Of a stretch of 64,000 bases of DNA, positions 40,450-51,457 are shown one piece after another. The position numbers and the translations under genes are program-made. Position 1 is the first letter of the stretch. The number at the start of each line of letters is the position of its first letter. The notes beneath the pieces were generated by a model. That model saw only the letters and a list, made by a program, of their open reading frames with translations. It did not search any database and had not been told where the DNA came from. This stretch comes from a candidate division WOR-3 bacterium (lineage in GTDB: Bacteria > Hydrothermota > 32-111): assembly GCA_037481815.1 (NCBI GenBank), contig JBBFKX010000001.1, positions 352,001 through 416,000 on the forward strand, read 5' to 3'.

Positions 40450-42101
40450 CTTTCAAAATCATCTGTTTCAAAAATAATGAAAGTCGGCCTACCATGAGGA
40501 CATGAGTGAGGATTTTCACAACTGAAAAGCTGGTTGAATATCTCTTCCATCTCATTAACATTTAACTTTTTACCTGCTTTTATTGAAGATTTACATGCAA
40601 TAATTTTTAAAATTTCATCGAACTCTGATCCAAAACCAACATTATAGATTTCATTGATAAAATCTTCAAAATCTTCTTTGTTGAAATCCTCTTCTATTAT
40701 TGAAGGTATAGATTCAACAAGAATTTTGTTGTTATCAAAAACCCTTATCGAAAAACCTAAATTTTCAAATCTTTCGATATTCTCATTTACGAAAAGATAA
40801 ATTTCGGAATTCAATCGCAGAGTAAGAGGAAATAAAAGTTTTTGAGAAGTGATTTTTGATTTTTCTTTTAAAAGTTTTTCATATGCGATCCTTTCCGCTG
40901 CAGCGTGCTGGTCTATTATATACAGTTTATTTTTAACCGAAGCAAAAATGTATGAATTTTGAAATTGCCAGAATTTTGAACTCTCTTGACCCTGAACTAC
41001 ATTTTTTTTCTCAGAAAGATAAAAGTCAACCTCTGAAAATAGTTTTTCCTCTCTTACAAAAATATCCGGTTTAGAAAAATCAACATCACTTTCTTTTTTT
41101 TCAAATTCAACTGATTTTTTATCAACCGTCAATCCACTCTTGACTGCTCGGTTCACCACATAAAAAAGATCATTCTCCGAAGAGAATTTAACCTCTTTTT
41201 TCATCGGATGAACATTAAAATCAACCAGTTCTGGTGATATCTCTATATAAACGATATACGGAGTAAAACCCTTTTTCAGTTGAGTTCCAAAAGCACTAAA
41301 AATTGCTTTTTTTATCTGGGGGAAATTTATATACCTTCTGTTTACGAATACGATACCAACTTTATATTTTAAATCGTTGAAAAGGTTTGGATTCCCGACA
41401 AACCCCTTAACCCGTATACCCTTTTCAAAATAGTCCACAAGAAAACTATTTTTTACAAAAGTTTCACCTTTCAATTCTTTAACTCTTTCTTTTAAATCTT
41501 TTGATTTTAAATTGTAAACGATGTGACCATCGACTATGAGTTTAAAATTTATCTCAGGGTTTGCTAAGGAATGGTAAACGAATTCTTCTTCAACTTTTTT
41601 TTGTTCATAAAGATCAGATTTTAAGAATTTTCTCCTTGCAGGAATATTTTTAAAAAGATCTTTTACAACTATACTTGTTCCTTTCTCAATCGATGACTTT
41701 TCTATTCCTATAAGATTTCCAGAATCTATCCTTATCGAATTACCTATCTCGTCTTCTTTAACTTTCGATTCTATAAACAACTCTGATACAAGACCTATCG
41801 AATATAAAGCTTCTCCCCTGAAACCGTAAGTGTTCAAATTTTTAAGATCATCGATCGTACTGATTTTACTTGTAGCGTGTTTCTTCGTTGCAAAAATCAG
41901 ATCTTCTCGATCCATCCCTTCACCATCATCGATAACATTTATTAACTCCTTCCCACCTTTATTTATAGAAACAGTTATATTTGTTGAAAAAGCATCTATT
42001 GAATTTTGAACCAATTCCCTTACAACTGAGGAAGGCCTATCGATAACCTCACCTGCCGCTATGAAAGAGTAGACCGACTCAGGTAAAAGTTTTATCTTCA
42101 C
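40431..42101 (-). CDS. mutL: DNA mismatch repair endonuclease MutL
   Basis: IAAGEVI, HATSKI, GFRGEAL, DQHAAAERI, ACK and CPHGRP. Confidence 0.96.
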   Translation of the reverse strand: MKIKLLPESVYSFIAAGEVIDRPSSVVRELVQNSIDAFSTNITVSINKGGKELINVIDDGEGMDREDLIFATKKHATSKISTIDDLKNLNTYGFRGEALYSIGLVSELFIESKVKEDEIGNSIRIDSGNLIGIEKSSIEKGTSIVVKDLFKNIPARRKFLKSDLYEQKKVEEEFVYHSLANPEINFKLIVDGHIVYNLKSKDLKERVKELKGETFVKNSFLVDYFEKGIRVKGFVGNPNLFNDLKYKVGIVFVNRRYINFPQIKKAIFSAFGTQLKKGFTPYIVYIEISPELVDFNVHPMKKEVKFSSENDLFYVVNRAVKSGLTVDKKSVEFEKKESDVDFSKPDIFVREEKLFSEVDFYLSEKKNVVQGQESSKFWQFQNSYIFASVKNKLYIIDQHAAAERIAYEKLLKEKSKITSQKLLFPLTLRLNSEIYLFVNENIERFENLGFSIRVFDNNKILVESIPSIIEEDFNKEDFEDFINEIYNVGFGSEFDEILKIIACKSSIKAGKKLNVNEMEEIFNQLFSCENPHSCPHGRPTFIIFETDDFERWFKRR

Positions 42102-42102
42102 T

Positions 42103-43410
42103 TTAACTTTTAATTTTTATTTTGGGGAAAGGATTTTCAGGGATAGCGATAAAGAAGCCCTGCCCGTATTTTATACCTATACTCTTCAAGGTTTCAAATT
42201 CCTCTTCAGTTTCGATACCTTCGGCTATTATTTCCGAGCCCAATCTTTCAGTAAAAGGAATAAGAGTTTCAAGAAGATCTTTTTTGATCAGATTTTTATG
42301 AATATCCCTGATCAGAGCCATATCGTATTTTAAAAAGTTTGGTTTCAACTCTGATATAGTTCTTAAAGAAGAGTATCCTGCGCCCATATCATCTATCGCT
42401 ATCTTGAAACCTTTATCTTTTAAAATTTTTACTGATTTGTCAAACGATTGATAATCGGTAACAGCAAGTTTTTCGGTTATCTCTATGACAACATTTTCTT
42501 TGGGAATAGAGTGCTCTTCAAGGAAGTTCTCAAATTTTTTTGACTTGAACTCAGGGTCATAGATACCTTTTGCACTCGAATTCAAAAAAAGTAATTTGCC
42601 ATTTAATTTTTCCGGTAAATGCAGAACAGCGTTTGTTCTACAGATTCTTTCAAGATCAAGAAGCATATCTGTTTCAACAGCATAGGAAAAAAGAATCTCA
42701 GAGTTTGAAAGAAACGAGTCGTTGGTTATCCTCGATAAAGCTTCATATCCAAGAATTTCACCATTTTTTAAATTGATTATCGGCTGATACACAGTGCTTA
42801 TCTCATTGTTTGCAATTATGTACTCAAGGTTTAAATCCCTGTCGAGTCGTGCCTCCTCTTTCTGCCTTTCAATGATTCTTCTTGCTTTATCGATCGCCTG
42901 AAAAATTGTTCTCTCCATTCTTCTTGTAGGACTTTTCGTGAAAAATGAATATCCTGTTCTAAAAACTTTTGTCGCAAATATATAGTTCGGTTCCCATCCC
43001 GGGAGTTCATTCTCTATTTTTGATTTGATTCTTCTTTCGATTTTTTCAACATCATCGTTGGAAAGTATGTTTCCGTTTTTATCGGTTGAAAGAAAAAGAA
43101 GTATCTCTCCACTTCTAACACCGGTAAGTGTGATGATGGTATTTTCGGGAAGAATATCTTTTTTCAAAAATGATATCGAATTGACCGTCTGTCTAATCAA
43201 CTTATCATACATCTGCCATCCATACAGCGACTCTATATCTTTGGTAATATCGATGTAGATCACAACAACTTTACCATAATCATCTGAGAGTTTTCTGATA
43301 TCCTCTATCACGAGAGGAAGAACAGGCAATCCTGTATTCATATCGAAAAGACAGCTTTTATACCTTAACCATTCAGTATGCATCTGAAAATAATCTTTTT
43401 CGTTCATCAA
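42103..43410 (-). CDS. EAL-domain c-di-GMP phosphodiesterase with degenerate GGDEF-like N-terminal domain
   Basis: YQPI, YEALSR, LFLN, EITE, DDMGAGYSSL and AEGIE; N-terminal D..TGLP but no GGDEF. Confidence 0.88.
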   Translation of the reverse strand: MMNEKDYFQMHTEWLRYKSCLFDMNTGLPVLPLVIEDIRKLSDDYGKVVVIYIDITKDIESLYGWQMYDKLIRQTVNSISFLKKDILPENTIITLTGVRSGEILLFLSTDKNGNILSNDDVEKIERRIKSKIENELPGWEPNYIFATKVFRTGYSFFTKSPTRRMERTIFQAIDKARRIIERQKEEARLDRDLNLEYIIANNEISTVYQPIINLKNGEILGYEALSRITNDSFLSNSEILFSYAVETDMLLDLERICRTNAVLHLPEKLNGKLLFLNSSAKGIYDPEFKSKKFENFLEEHSIPKENVVIEITEKLAVTDYQSFDKSVKILKDKGFKIAIDDMGAGYSSLRTISELKPNFLKYDMALIRDIHKNLIKKDLLETLIPFTERLGSEIIAEGIETEEEFETLKSIGIKYGQGFFIAIPENPFPKIKIKS

Positions 43411-43417
43411 AACTCCA

Positions 43418-43810
43418 TCAGTTTAAAATTTTAAATATTTTGTTAACTCTTGTTATCAACTCCTCAGGTGAGAATGGTTTTGTTATATAATCTATTGCTC
43501 CCTCCTGAAGACCGGTCAACTTATCCCTAACATCGGTTTTGCAGGTTAACATTGCAACAGGGATTTTTCTCGTTTTTTCATCAGTATGGAGCATCTTCAT
43601 AACTTCCCATCCATCAGTTCCAGGCATCATTATATCAAGCAGGATTAGATCAGGTTTTTCTTTCAAAGCCATCTTGATACCTTCATCACCACTCAAAGCC
43701 CCTATAACGGTGTAACTCTCATTTTCAAGTATGATCCTGATCAAACTTATTATATCCTCATCATCATCAATTATCAGTATTTTTTTTACCTTTTCATCTT
43801 TTTGTTTCAT
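43418..43810 (-). CDS. Single-domain response regulator
   Basis: IIDDD, LLDIMMP, MLT and YITKPF. Confidence 0.92.
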   Translation of the reverse strand: MKQKDEKVKKILIIDDDEDIISLIRIILENESYTVIGALSGDEGIKMALKEKPDLILLDIMMPGTDGWEVMKMLHTDEKTRKIPVAMLTCKTDVRDKLTGLQEGAIDYITKPFSPEELITRVNKIFKILN

Positions 43811-45155
43811 TTTCCCCTCCTTTAACCTTTAAAGGTAAAACTATCTTCACATTTGTCCCCTTTCCAACAACAGAAGATACATCTATAGTTCCATAATGAG
43901 CATTAATGATCGTTTTTACTATTGAAAGACCAAGACCCATTCCTGGATACTTTTTCGAACTCATTTGTTCAACCTGGTAGAACCTATCAAATATTTTATC
44001 GATTTTATCTGCCGGGATTCCTATTCCAGTATCCTCAACTCTGATCACAGCATAAAGGTTGTTGTTATCCATTTTTTCGTATCCTGTTATAGTAATATTA
44101 CCATCCTTTTGAGTGAATTTCAAGGCATTATTTATTATGTTATCGAATGCTTCGATAAGAGCATTCCTGTCAGCATATATTGGTGTTTCAAGATTATTTA
44201 CTTCAAGAACAATTTTTATATTTTTTTCTGTTGCGATAGGGATATAAGTATCAACTATATCTTTTAAAACTTTTTTAAGATCGAAAATTTCCCTTTCAAG
44301 GTTTATGTACTCTGACTTTGCATATTTTATAATTTTGTCGATCTGGTTTAATATCGAGTTTACATTTTTTATAACAACCGTTAAAGCATCCTTCTGGGAT
44401 GGCTGCAGTTCACCCATTTTTTCAGAATACATATATTCAAGATATCCTTTGATCTTCGTTAACGGAGTTTTCAGTTCATGTGAAATATTTTCGATTACAT
44501 TTGATTTTGCACTGTCCATTTCCTTCAAGGAAAAATTTTGATCTTTTAAAATACTTATAACTCCTTTCAACCTTTCAATTTCACTTTCTCTCTTTTTTAC
44601 AATCTCATTTATAGTTGAAAATAAATCGTAGAACTCATCGCCGACATCTTTATTTTCAAGTTCTCCATTTTTTATCGAATCGATAATACTCAAAATATTT
44701 TTTTGCCTTCTATCTTTTAAAACAAAGATAAAATAAAGGATAAATGCGAACAATGCACTTCCAAAAATAAACTGTAAAATTAAAGCGAATCTAAATTTCG
44801 ACTGGGTCTCTTTATAAACAAAAAGTATCGATCTATTCTCATTTGGAAGATTGTACTTATAAATTTTGGGATAGGACGAAAGATCTTTCATATCAAACAT
44901 TTCATCTTTATAGATTATACTATTTTGATAGAAATTTTCGTTATCAAAAACGATCACAGCAACAAGATCCTCATCGATTAAGGAAATCTCTTGTTTTGTG
45001 AGTGTTTGCTGAAGATATCTCTCACTTTTATTTTTAAGATGTATATCAACAAGTTTATCAAGTATTAGATTTACAAGAACTGAAACGAAAAACCAGAAAA
45101 CTAAAAAGGAAAATAGAAAAACCAGAAGATAAAAAAAAGTTTTATCCTTTTTCAT
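43794..45155 (-). CDS. Membrane sensor histidine kinase
   Basis: Two TMs, SHELKTPLT H-box, NALKF, DTGIGI and GMGLGLSI; start likely ATG 45155. Confidence 0.92.
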   Translation of the reverse strand: MKKDKTFFYLLVFLFSFLVFWFFVSVLVNLILDKLVDIHLKNKSERYLQQTLTKQEISLIDEDLVAVIVFDNENFYQNSIIYKDEMFDMKDLSSYPKIYKYNLPNENRSILFVYKETQSKFRFALILQFIFGSALFAFILYFIFVLKDRRQKNILSIIDSIKNGELENKDVGDEFYDLFSTINEIVKKRESEIERLKGVISILKDQNFSLKEMDSAKSNVIENISHELKTPLTKIKGYLEYMYSEKMGELQPSQKDALTVVIKNVNSILNQIDKIIKYAKSEYINLEREIFDLKKVLKDIVDTYIPIATEKNIKIVLEVNNLETPIYADRNALIEAFDNIINNALKFTQKDGNITITGYEKMDNNNLYAVIRVEDTGIGIPADKIDKIFDRFYQVEQMSSKKYPGMGLGLSIVKTIINAHYGTIDVSSVVGKGTNVKIVLPLKVKGGENETKR

Positions 45156-45199
45156 TATAATGATTATAAAACTTTTTTGTTGAAAAGACAATAGAATAG

Positions 45200-48100
45200 T
45201 TAGAATCTAAACAGAGTCCAGAAACCCAAACTTATAAGTTGTCTTTTATCTCCCCTTTTTCTATCCTCACTTCTTGAAAATGTAAAGTTAATACCACCTG
45301 ATATATTGTTTGTAAAATTGTAATCTGCTCTCGGTTTGATATCATAAAGGATTTTATCCTCAACAAGGTTGTTGTTTGTGATATCAAGATCCTGCACTTT
45401 CGTATAAGAAAAATCTATTCCAGTATTCAAAGTTGATTTGAATTTTATCATCTTATTTATAATAGGGATGTTGATGCCCGATGGGGAAGAAAAAGCATAA
45501 TTGAAAGATAGAGTGTTGGAGTATGTTTTATTTTCTCTTGAGATTTCAACACCTGAATAAGAATTGGAAAGTGATTTTGTATAGTTAAAATTGTAATTGA
45601 AATTTAAATTGAAAAATGTTGCTCCTGATAATCCTATAAGTGGATAAAAATCAAGAGAATTACTATTTCTGTTTAAAATAGTATCGTTCATGAATGAAAA
45701 TATTTCTCCATTAGAAACACTTGTCGTAGCGTTCAAATATCTGAAAAACTTTTCAAGAGGTTTTATCTGCTCTACATTTGACACTGTCAAAGAGATGTTT
45801 GGCCATTTTTTATTTGTGTCTTTGATTATATTCTGGTTCTGCGCGCTCCTGTTATACGAAAAAGAATATGATCCTCTGATATCAAAATTCCATATGGATA
45901 CACCCGATGAGAAAGAATATGAATAGTTGTTGTTGTTTCTTACCTGAGAATATGAAGAAAAGTAATCTGATGGCAAACTGTCAGAAATTCCTAATTTGAA
46001 CAAAAATGATGGATTCTCTTTAACATAGTTGAACGATAAAGTTCTATTTGTAGAAAGTGAATAGTTTAGACCAGAAAAATTGTTCAAAAATCTTTCAAGG
46101 TAAATAGCGATCCAGTGAGGAGAACCTGTCAATGCGATAGAATCTTTTGATTCATCCCTGATCTGAGTTATAAGTTTTAACAATTTTGCATAATCAAAAT
46201 TCCCGTTCAAAGATAATCTTGTGTTCTGGGAAAGATCTGTTGAAAATAAAGAATCGAGAGAGTAAAGATTACTGTTGTTCCTTTCCGAATAACTTGTTGA
46301 AATATTTAATGAGTGAGTTAACTGTTTTATAAAAACCGGTGTGTAGTTTATATTAACATTATTGTTTTCTCCAACCTTTTTTCCTAAAAATCCCAAAAAT
46401 TCATTATCCTTCTGTAAAAAGTCATGTATTTTACTTTCCGAATAGTTCAGTTCGAGGGATCTAAAAATCTTGTATCTTGTCGAAAAGGATCTGTTGAAAT
46501 TCTTCAAAAAATTTTCTCCTACATTTACGAAACCATTCTCACCGAGCAGAAATGACTTCGTTTCATTCGTTGAATAGGAAAGATTGTAATTGATGTTTGA
46601 AGGGAAATAATAAAATTCAAAATTTCTGAAAATTTTTATTGGCACAATGTTAAAGTTATAGCCAAAATTTGAAGATAAAGAATTTGTTTTTGTTGAATCG
46701 GTTCTGTTATACGTTAAATTGTTTGATGATGAGTTTGCATAGGACAGTGAAGGTATATCAAAAATATAATGTAGAAATCTGTTTGTAAAATTGTTAGATC
46801 TTTTAATACTTGCACTGAAATTTGTAGATGTTGTGAAATTTGAAAACCTTTTAATCTCTTGATCTGTAAGAGTATAATCTGAACCGATATAGTAAACCGG
46901 TCTGTTGGTCGATTTTGAATAGGAAAAAGTTACGGGTGAAACGATACCAAAAAATTCTGGTAAAAGTTTTTCACCGTTCAATGAGAAAGAAAATCTATAG
47001 TTGTTGTTGAAATTACCTGAACCATATTTATCACTAATAGTTTTAAAGTATGGATTTTTTATCCCGCTTAAAAATGATATGTTTAAAAGTTCAGGGATTT
47101 CAAGATTGGATGATATATCTCCCGCATAACCCAATTCGTTCTTTGGATTAATCACCATTATATCATCAACCCAGATCTCTGTAGATTCAGCACTATTTCC
47201 AATATTTTGAACATAGAGTTCAAGATAACCAATATTTGTTAAAGATGGAGAACCAGAAAATCCATATATATCTTTTTCAGCAAAAGATTTATCAAGGTTG
47301 TTCTTCTTCAAATTCACAAGTGAATCGAGAAACACCGTAACCGTATCCCATTTGGTCGTTGGAGTATACTTTATGAAATAGTAGTTTAAAGAATCACCTC
47401 CAAATTTTAAATAGAAATTGAACGAATCAGAATTTGTAGATCTGATATAAAACTGAAGCATCTGATACCTTTCATAACTCTCTCTTACTGGCAAAACTTT
47501 GTAAACTTTTCCAGACTCGTTGTGATAAAAATTGTTACAATAGATAACCATCGATTGTTCTCTTTTGGGTTTACCGTTAAAATCAACTCCTGGATTGTAA
47601 GGTGGATAATAATCAGGATCGGTTTGATTGTTTTTTGCTCCAAAGAAAAATTTGGAACTATCACCGTTTACAATCCTGCTTTTCCACTTGTTTGTTATCA
47701 TCGAAATCTGATAGATTGAGAGCGTATCACTTCTTGAAACTCCATACCAATAAAGACGGGCATATTTTATGTATTTCAAATCGGGATTTCCAATTTTCTC
47801 AACTGAGGATGATTGTATGGGGATTCTGTAAAGTTTCCAGTTTGTGATTGGATTTTTGTAAACAAGGTTTTCATCAGAGGTTAAATTTATCGTAAATCTA
47901 TAATAGTCATCTCTATTGTTCAAAGAACCATCCCTATCAAGATCCTCAGTATCAAAAAGATTGTTATTTTCTATTCCATTTATTTTTTCATAGTAATATT
48001 GTTGAGACAATGAATAATAATAATCATCGTTACCATCATCACCTGGAACATTCAAAGAGTCAGAACCGTAAACACCATCAAGTCCAGTATCCTCATTAAC

Positions 48101-50620
48101 ATCAAGTATTCCATCATTGTTTTTATCCTCAGTTTGTAAAATACCATCTGGACCAGTAAGAGTTTTATCCTTTCTTCTTCTGATCATATCTTCAGGAATA
48201 TTTTTACCTACTTCTAAAACAACATTACCTTCATCACCTTTAACCCAGATTTCCAAAAACATCATATCTGTAAGATCGATTCCAGTTCTTGAGATGATTT
48301 GGTTCAAAGAGACGAATGTGTTCGTAGAGGAAACTGAATTGTCCATAAAAATCTTCATCACTGAAACATCTTTTGTTTTCTCTACATCTGGTAACAATGA
48401 ATTTATATTACCATTTAGTTCAATCGCGTTATACCAATAATACTTGTAAGAAAGATCGTTTGGATCAAAACCAAAAGGTAAAGAACCAAAAACCCATGAT
48501 TTCCTATCTATAGACAGATCGTTTGAAACAATAACCGATTCCATATTTTCGATCGATGCTTTTTTAGCACTGTTGTTTTCAGGTTTCGAAAGAGCCATTT
48601 TTGAAACAACTGAAAATTTTGATGGAGAAGTAGTATTGTAGAATGGTAAAAAGTTTGCAAGATCACTTAAAGAATAAAAATTTTCATTGTATGAAATATC
48701 ACCCTCTCCAAGAAGTATCTCCTGCGGTTCCTCTCCTATTTTTGGGTAATCTTCAAGATTGTATGAAAGAGTGTTGTATAGCCAGTTTGAGTTTGCAAAA
48801 AGTTTATCAGAAAGTTGATAATCAAAATGCATTCCCAAAAGGTTTTTAGACGTTAGAGAAAGAAATGGCGAGTACTGATAATCTATTGTTATCTGTGCGT
48901 TTGGGGAGTTTACAACATCAGTTAAAAAATTCACTATCCCATATTCATAATCGATAGTGTAATCCTTATCTCTTGTTAAAGTCACCCCGTTAACTCTAAC
49001 AATTTCAGATCCTTCGATTATGTTAAAAGTTCCCAGTGAATAGACGGATTGACTACCACTATATTTGATATCAAGATAATATTTTCTTCCAACAGAAGTT
49101 CCACTTTCTATTGTCCAGTAGATAATAGAATCCTTATCGATCAAACTATCTGAATCGAAAGGATAAAGAGATGGGAAAATCAAAAAACCCCTATTGAAAT
49201 CTACATAGTTTAAATCAACTTTACCATCACTATTTTGATCGAGTCCCAAAAGTTTAAGATAGGTTGTATTCCCCTGTAATTCATAATCCTCTCCAGATCC
49301 TGTGTTAACTTTTTTTATCGAAAGTTTAAAACTTTCTGGAATGATATTTTTAGAGTTGAAAGAATAAACATTCTTCATCATATATTCCCAGGTTGGAGAA
49401 AAAGGATAGTCGTCCTTCTGTTTTATTATTTTTAAAACCAATGTATCAACATATCCAAAATTCCCAACAGTATCGATCTTTCCATCAGACCTTTTAACGA
49501 TATAAGAGATTCCGATCACTTCTGAAGATGCAAGTGTAGAAGTGAATTCTATGAACTGTCCATTCTTATAATAGATGTAGTCCTTATCTTCCCCCGGTAT
49601 CATCAAAGAAAAATTACCAACAAAAAGAAGTGAATCCCCAGTTAATGGATTTAAATATAGTTTCGCTGGTAACACTCCCTCTTCATCGTTATTTGTCCCT
49701 ATACCATCATCTTTATACACATTCAGAAGTATTATAGAATCTGAAGAAGAAAGACCCAAAAGAAAAAATCTATTTTTTTGATAATCTATATCATATATTC
49801 TAATAGAATCAACACTCGTATTTCCGACGAACTGTTTCTGTTCATTCTCTCCAGATTCTTTTGAAGCAACAAAAGTGAAATTCAATCCTCCGAGTTGTCC
49901 ACTTCCCTTTATTCCAAAAAGTCCTTTGTGTTGAGGTGTTCCACCGATAAGTTTTATTCCGGGTAGAGTCAATGAAACATCTCCCGCTTGAACGGTTTGG
50001 AGGATATCATCATCGAGCCCTTTATATTCAAGAACAACAGTGTTATCAGATTTTTTTTCAGTTTCACTGTTATGTTTCAGGTTGACCTTTATCCTTTCTC
50101 CAACACTTCCAGTCACATTTACTATGAGTTGTTGTTTAAGCATGAACTCAGGGATCCATGAAATATTTGCGGTTCCCTTTTCAATTGCGGTTAGATCGAA
50201 AGTTTTGCTACCTGAATAATCGATTCTCTCAGATCCTTCTACAACAAGTTTTCCACCTTCACCGAAAAATGATGTCATCTTCCCAAAAGTAATAGGAATA
50301 TCTATATCACCAATAAGACCAGTTGAAGTTGAAGTTTTAAACGATTCTTTGAAATTCGCAGTCAACATATCTCTGACAATTTTTTCATTTTTCTGTGAAA
50401 AATAGAGTTCTTTTGTTTTTATCGAATCAATTCCTAAAAAATAATCTTTGTAAAAACTTTTGAATATAACGAGGTTGTTCACCTCATCAAATTCGATCGT
50501 CTGTTTATATCCATCAAACTCCTTTTTGTATTCCAGAAATTTTTTTTCAAGATTCAAGATCTCTTGAGAGAAAACGGATATGAAGAATATAAGTGGGAGA
50601 AAAAACTTTAAAATTTTCAT
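45200..50620 (-). CDS. sprA: SprA-like outer-membrane protein (type IX secretion translocon homolog)
   Basis: LEYKG.DDDILQ.VQAGDVSL.LP, GLFGIK..GQLG, GSEIVRVNG..L...DYTIDY..G and TEDLD.DG motifs; amphipathic beta-strand C-terminal half ending in Phe. Confidence 0.8.
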   Translation of the reverse strand: MKILKFFLPLIFFISVFSQEILNLEKKFLEYKKEFDGYKQTIEFDEVNNLVIFKSFYKDYFLGIDSIKTKELYFSQKNEKIVRDMLTANFKESFKTSTSTGLIGDIDIPITFGKMTSFFGEGGKLVVEGSERIDYSGSKTFDLTAIEKGTANISWIPEFMLKQQLIVNVTGSVGERIKVNLKHNSETEKKSDNTVVLEYKGLDDDILQTVQAGDVSLTLPGIKLIGGTPQHKGLFGIKGSGQLGGLNFTFVASKESGENEQKQFVGNTSVDSIRIYDIDYQKNRFFLLGLSSSDSIILLNVYKDDGIGTNNDEEGVLPAKLYLNPLTGDSLLFVGNFSLMIPGEDKDYIYYKNGQFIEFTSTLASSEVIGISYIVKRSDGKIDTVGNFGYVDTLVLKIIKQKDDYPFSPTWEYMMKNVYSFNSKNIIPESFKLSIKKVNTGSGEDYELQGNTTYLKLLGLDQNSDGKVDLNYVDFNRGFLIFPSLYPFDSDSLIDKDSIIYWTIESGTSVGRKYYLDIKYSGSQSVYSLGTFNIIEGSEIVRVNGVTLTRDKDYTIDYEYGIVNFLTDVVNSPNAQITIDYQYSPFLSLTSKNLLGMHFDYQLSDKLFANSNWLYNTLSYNLEDYPKIGEEPQEILLGEGDISYNENFYSLSDLANFLPFYNTTSPSKFSVVSKMALSKPENNSAKKASIENMESVIVSNDLSIDRKSWVFGSLPFGFDPNDLSYKYYWYNAIELNGNINSLLPDVEKTKDVSVMKIFMDNSVSSTNTFVSLNQIISRTGIDLTDMMFLEIWVKGDEGNVVLEVGKNIPEDMIRRRKDKTLTGPDGILQTEDKNNDGILDVNEDTGLDGVYGSDSLNVPGDDGNDDYYYSLSQQYYYEKINGIENNNLFDTEDLDRDGSLNNRDDYYRFTINLTSDENLVYKNPITNWKLYRIPIQSSSVEKIGNPDLKYIKYARLYWYGVSRSDTLSIYQISMITNKWKSRIVNGDSSKFFFGAKNNQTDPDYYPPYNPGVDFNGKPKREQSMVIYCNNFYHNESGKVYKVLPVRESYERYQMLQFYIRSTNSDSFNFYLKFGGDSLNYYFIKYTPTTKWDTVTVFLDSLVNLKKNNLDKSFAEKDIYGFSGSPSLTNIGYLELYVQNIGNSAESTEIWVDDIMVINPKNELGYAGDISSNLEIPELLNISFLSGIKNPYFKTISDKYGSGNFNNNYRFSFSLNGEKLLPEFFGIVSPVTFSYSKSTNRPVYYIGSDYTLTDQEIKRFSNFTTSTNFSASIKRSNNFTNRFLHYIFDIPSLSYANSSSNNLTYNRTDSTKTNSLSSNFGYNFNIVPIKIFRNFEFYYFPSNINYNLSYSTNETKSFLLGENGFVNVGENFLKNFNRSFSTRYKIFRSLELNYSESKIHDFLQKDNEFLGFLGKKVGENNNVNINYTPVFIKQLTHSLNISTSYSERNNSNLYSLDSLFSTDLSQNTRLSLNGNFDYAKLLKLITQIRDESKDSIALTGSPHWIAIYLERFLNNFSGLNYSLSTNRTLSFNYVKENPSFLFKLGISDSLPSDYFSSYSQVRNNNNYSYSFSSGVSIWNFDIRGSYSFSYNRSAQNQNIIKDTNKKWPNISLTVSNVEQIKPLEKFFRYLNATTSVSNGEIFSFMNDTILNRNSNSLDFYPLIGLSGATFFNLNFNYNFNYTKSLSNSYSGVEISRENKTYSNTLSFNYAFSSPSGINIPIINKMIKFKSTLNTGIDFSYTKVQDLDITNNNLVEDKILYDIKPRADYNFTNNISGGINFTFSRSEDRKRGDKRQLISLGFWTLFRF

Positions 50621-51450
50621 AACAGAGAATACAAAATTTTTAAATCGTGCTCATAATCTGAAACATCACCTGGAACTTCGAGAATCATCGGATGATCTTT
50701 AAACCTTTTATCCTTTAAAAGGATTTCAAAAGATTTTAATCCCAAAAATCCTTTTCCGATGAACTCATGTCTATCCTTTCTCATATTCAGGTCGTATTTG
50801 GAATCATTCAAATGAAAAAGTTTTAATTTTTTCAAACCTATAACACTGTTAAAAGTTGCAAATGTTTTTTCAAAAACATCCTGTTCTCTGATATCATAAC
50901 CTGCTTCAAAAGTATGACATGTATCATAACATACAAACAATCTCTTTTCATATTTTGTTTTAGAGATTATATCCCTTAAATGTTCGAATCTGTATCCTAT
51001 CGAACTTCCCTGTCCTGCTGTCGTTTCAAGAAGTATATTTCCATAATCGATCTTTTCAAATATTATATCAAGTCCTTCTGCAACTCTTTTTATCCCATAC
51101 TCTTCCCCTTCTCCCATATGGTTACCAGGATGGAAAACAACATCATCTATTCCGAGTTTCTCGGCCCTTTTAAGATCATCAATTAGATTCTCAATACTCT
51201 TTTTGAAAATCTCTTTATCTTTTGATGCAAGATTTAAAAGGTAAGAAGCGTGTATGTTCACATATTTAACATCAGAAGATTTAAAACCTTTCTTGAAATA
51301 TTCTATTTCCTCTAAATCAAAAAACTTACTTTCCCATCTCCTCTGATTTTTCGCAAATATTTGAACCGCTGAACATTTGATCATGTCAGCGGTTTCAAAC
51401 ATTTTTAAAAAACCTTCAGAAACTGAGAGGTGTGCCCCTAAAAATGGCAT
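50617..51450 (-). CDS. nfo: Endonuclease IV
   Basis: GAHLS, HASYLLNL, FHPG, LETTAGQG, DTCH, HLNDSK, DRHE and LE motifs. Confidence 0.95.
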   Translation of the reverse strand: MPFLGAHLSVSEGFLKMFETADMIKCSAVQIFAKNQRRWESKFFDLEEIEYFKKGFKSSDVKYVNIHASYLLNLASKDKEIFKKSIENLIDDLKRAEKLGIDDVVFHPGNHMGEGEEYGIKRVAEGLDIIFEKIDYGNILLETTAGQGSSIGYRFEHLRDIISKTKYEKRLFVCYDTCHTFEAGYDIREQDVFEKTFATFNSVIGLKKLKLFHLNDSKYDLNMRKDRHEFIGKGFLGLKSFEILLKDKRFKDHPMILEVPGDVSDYEHDLKILYSLL

Positions 51451-51457
51451 ATAATTC

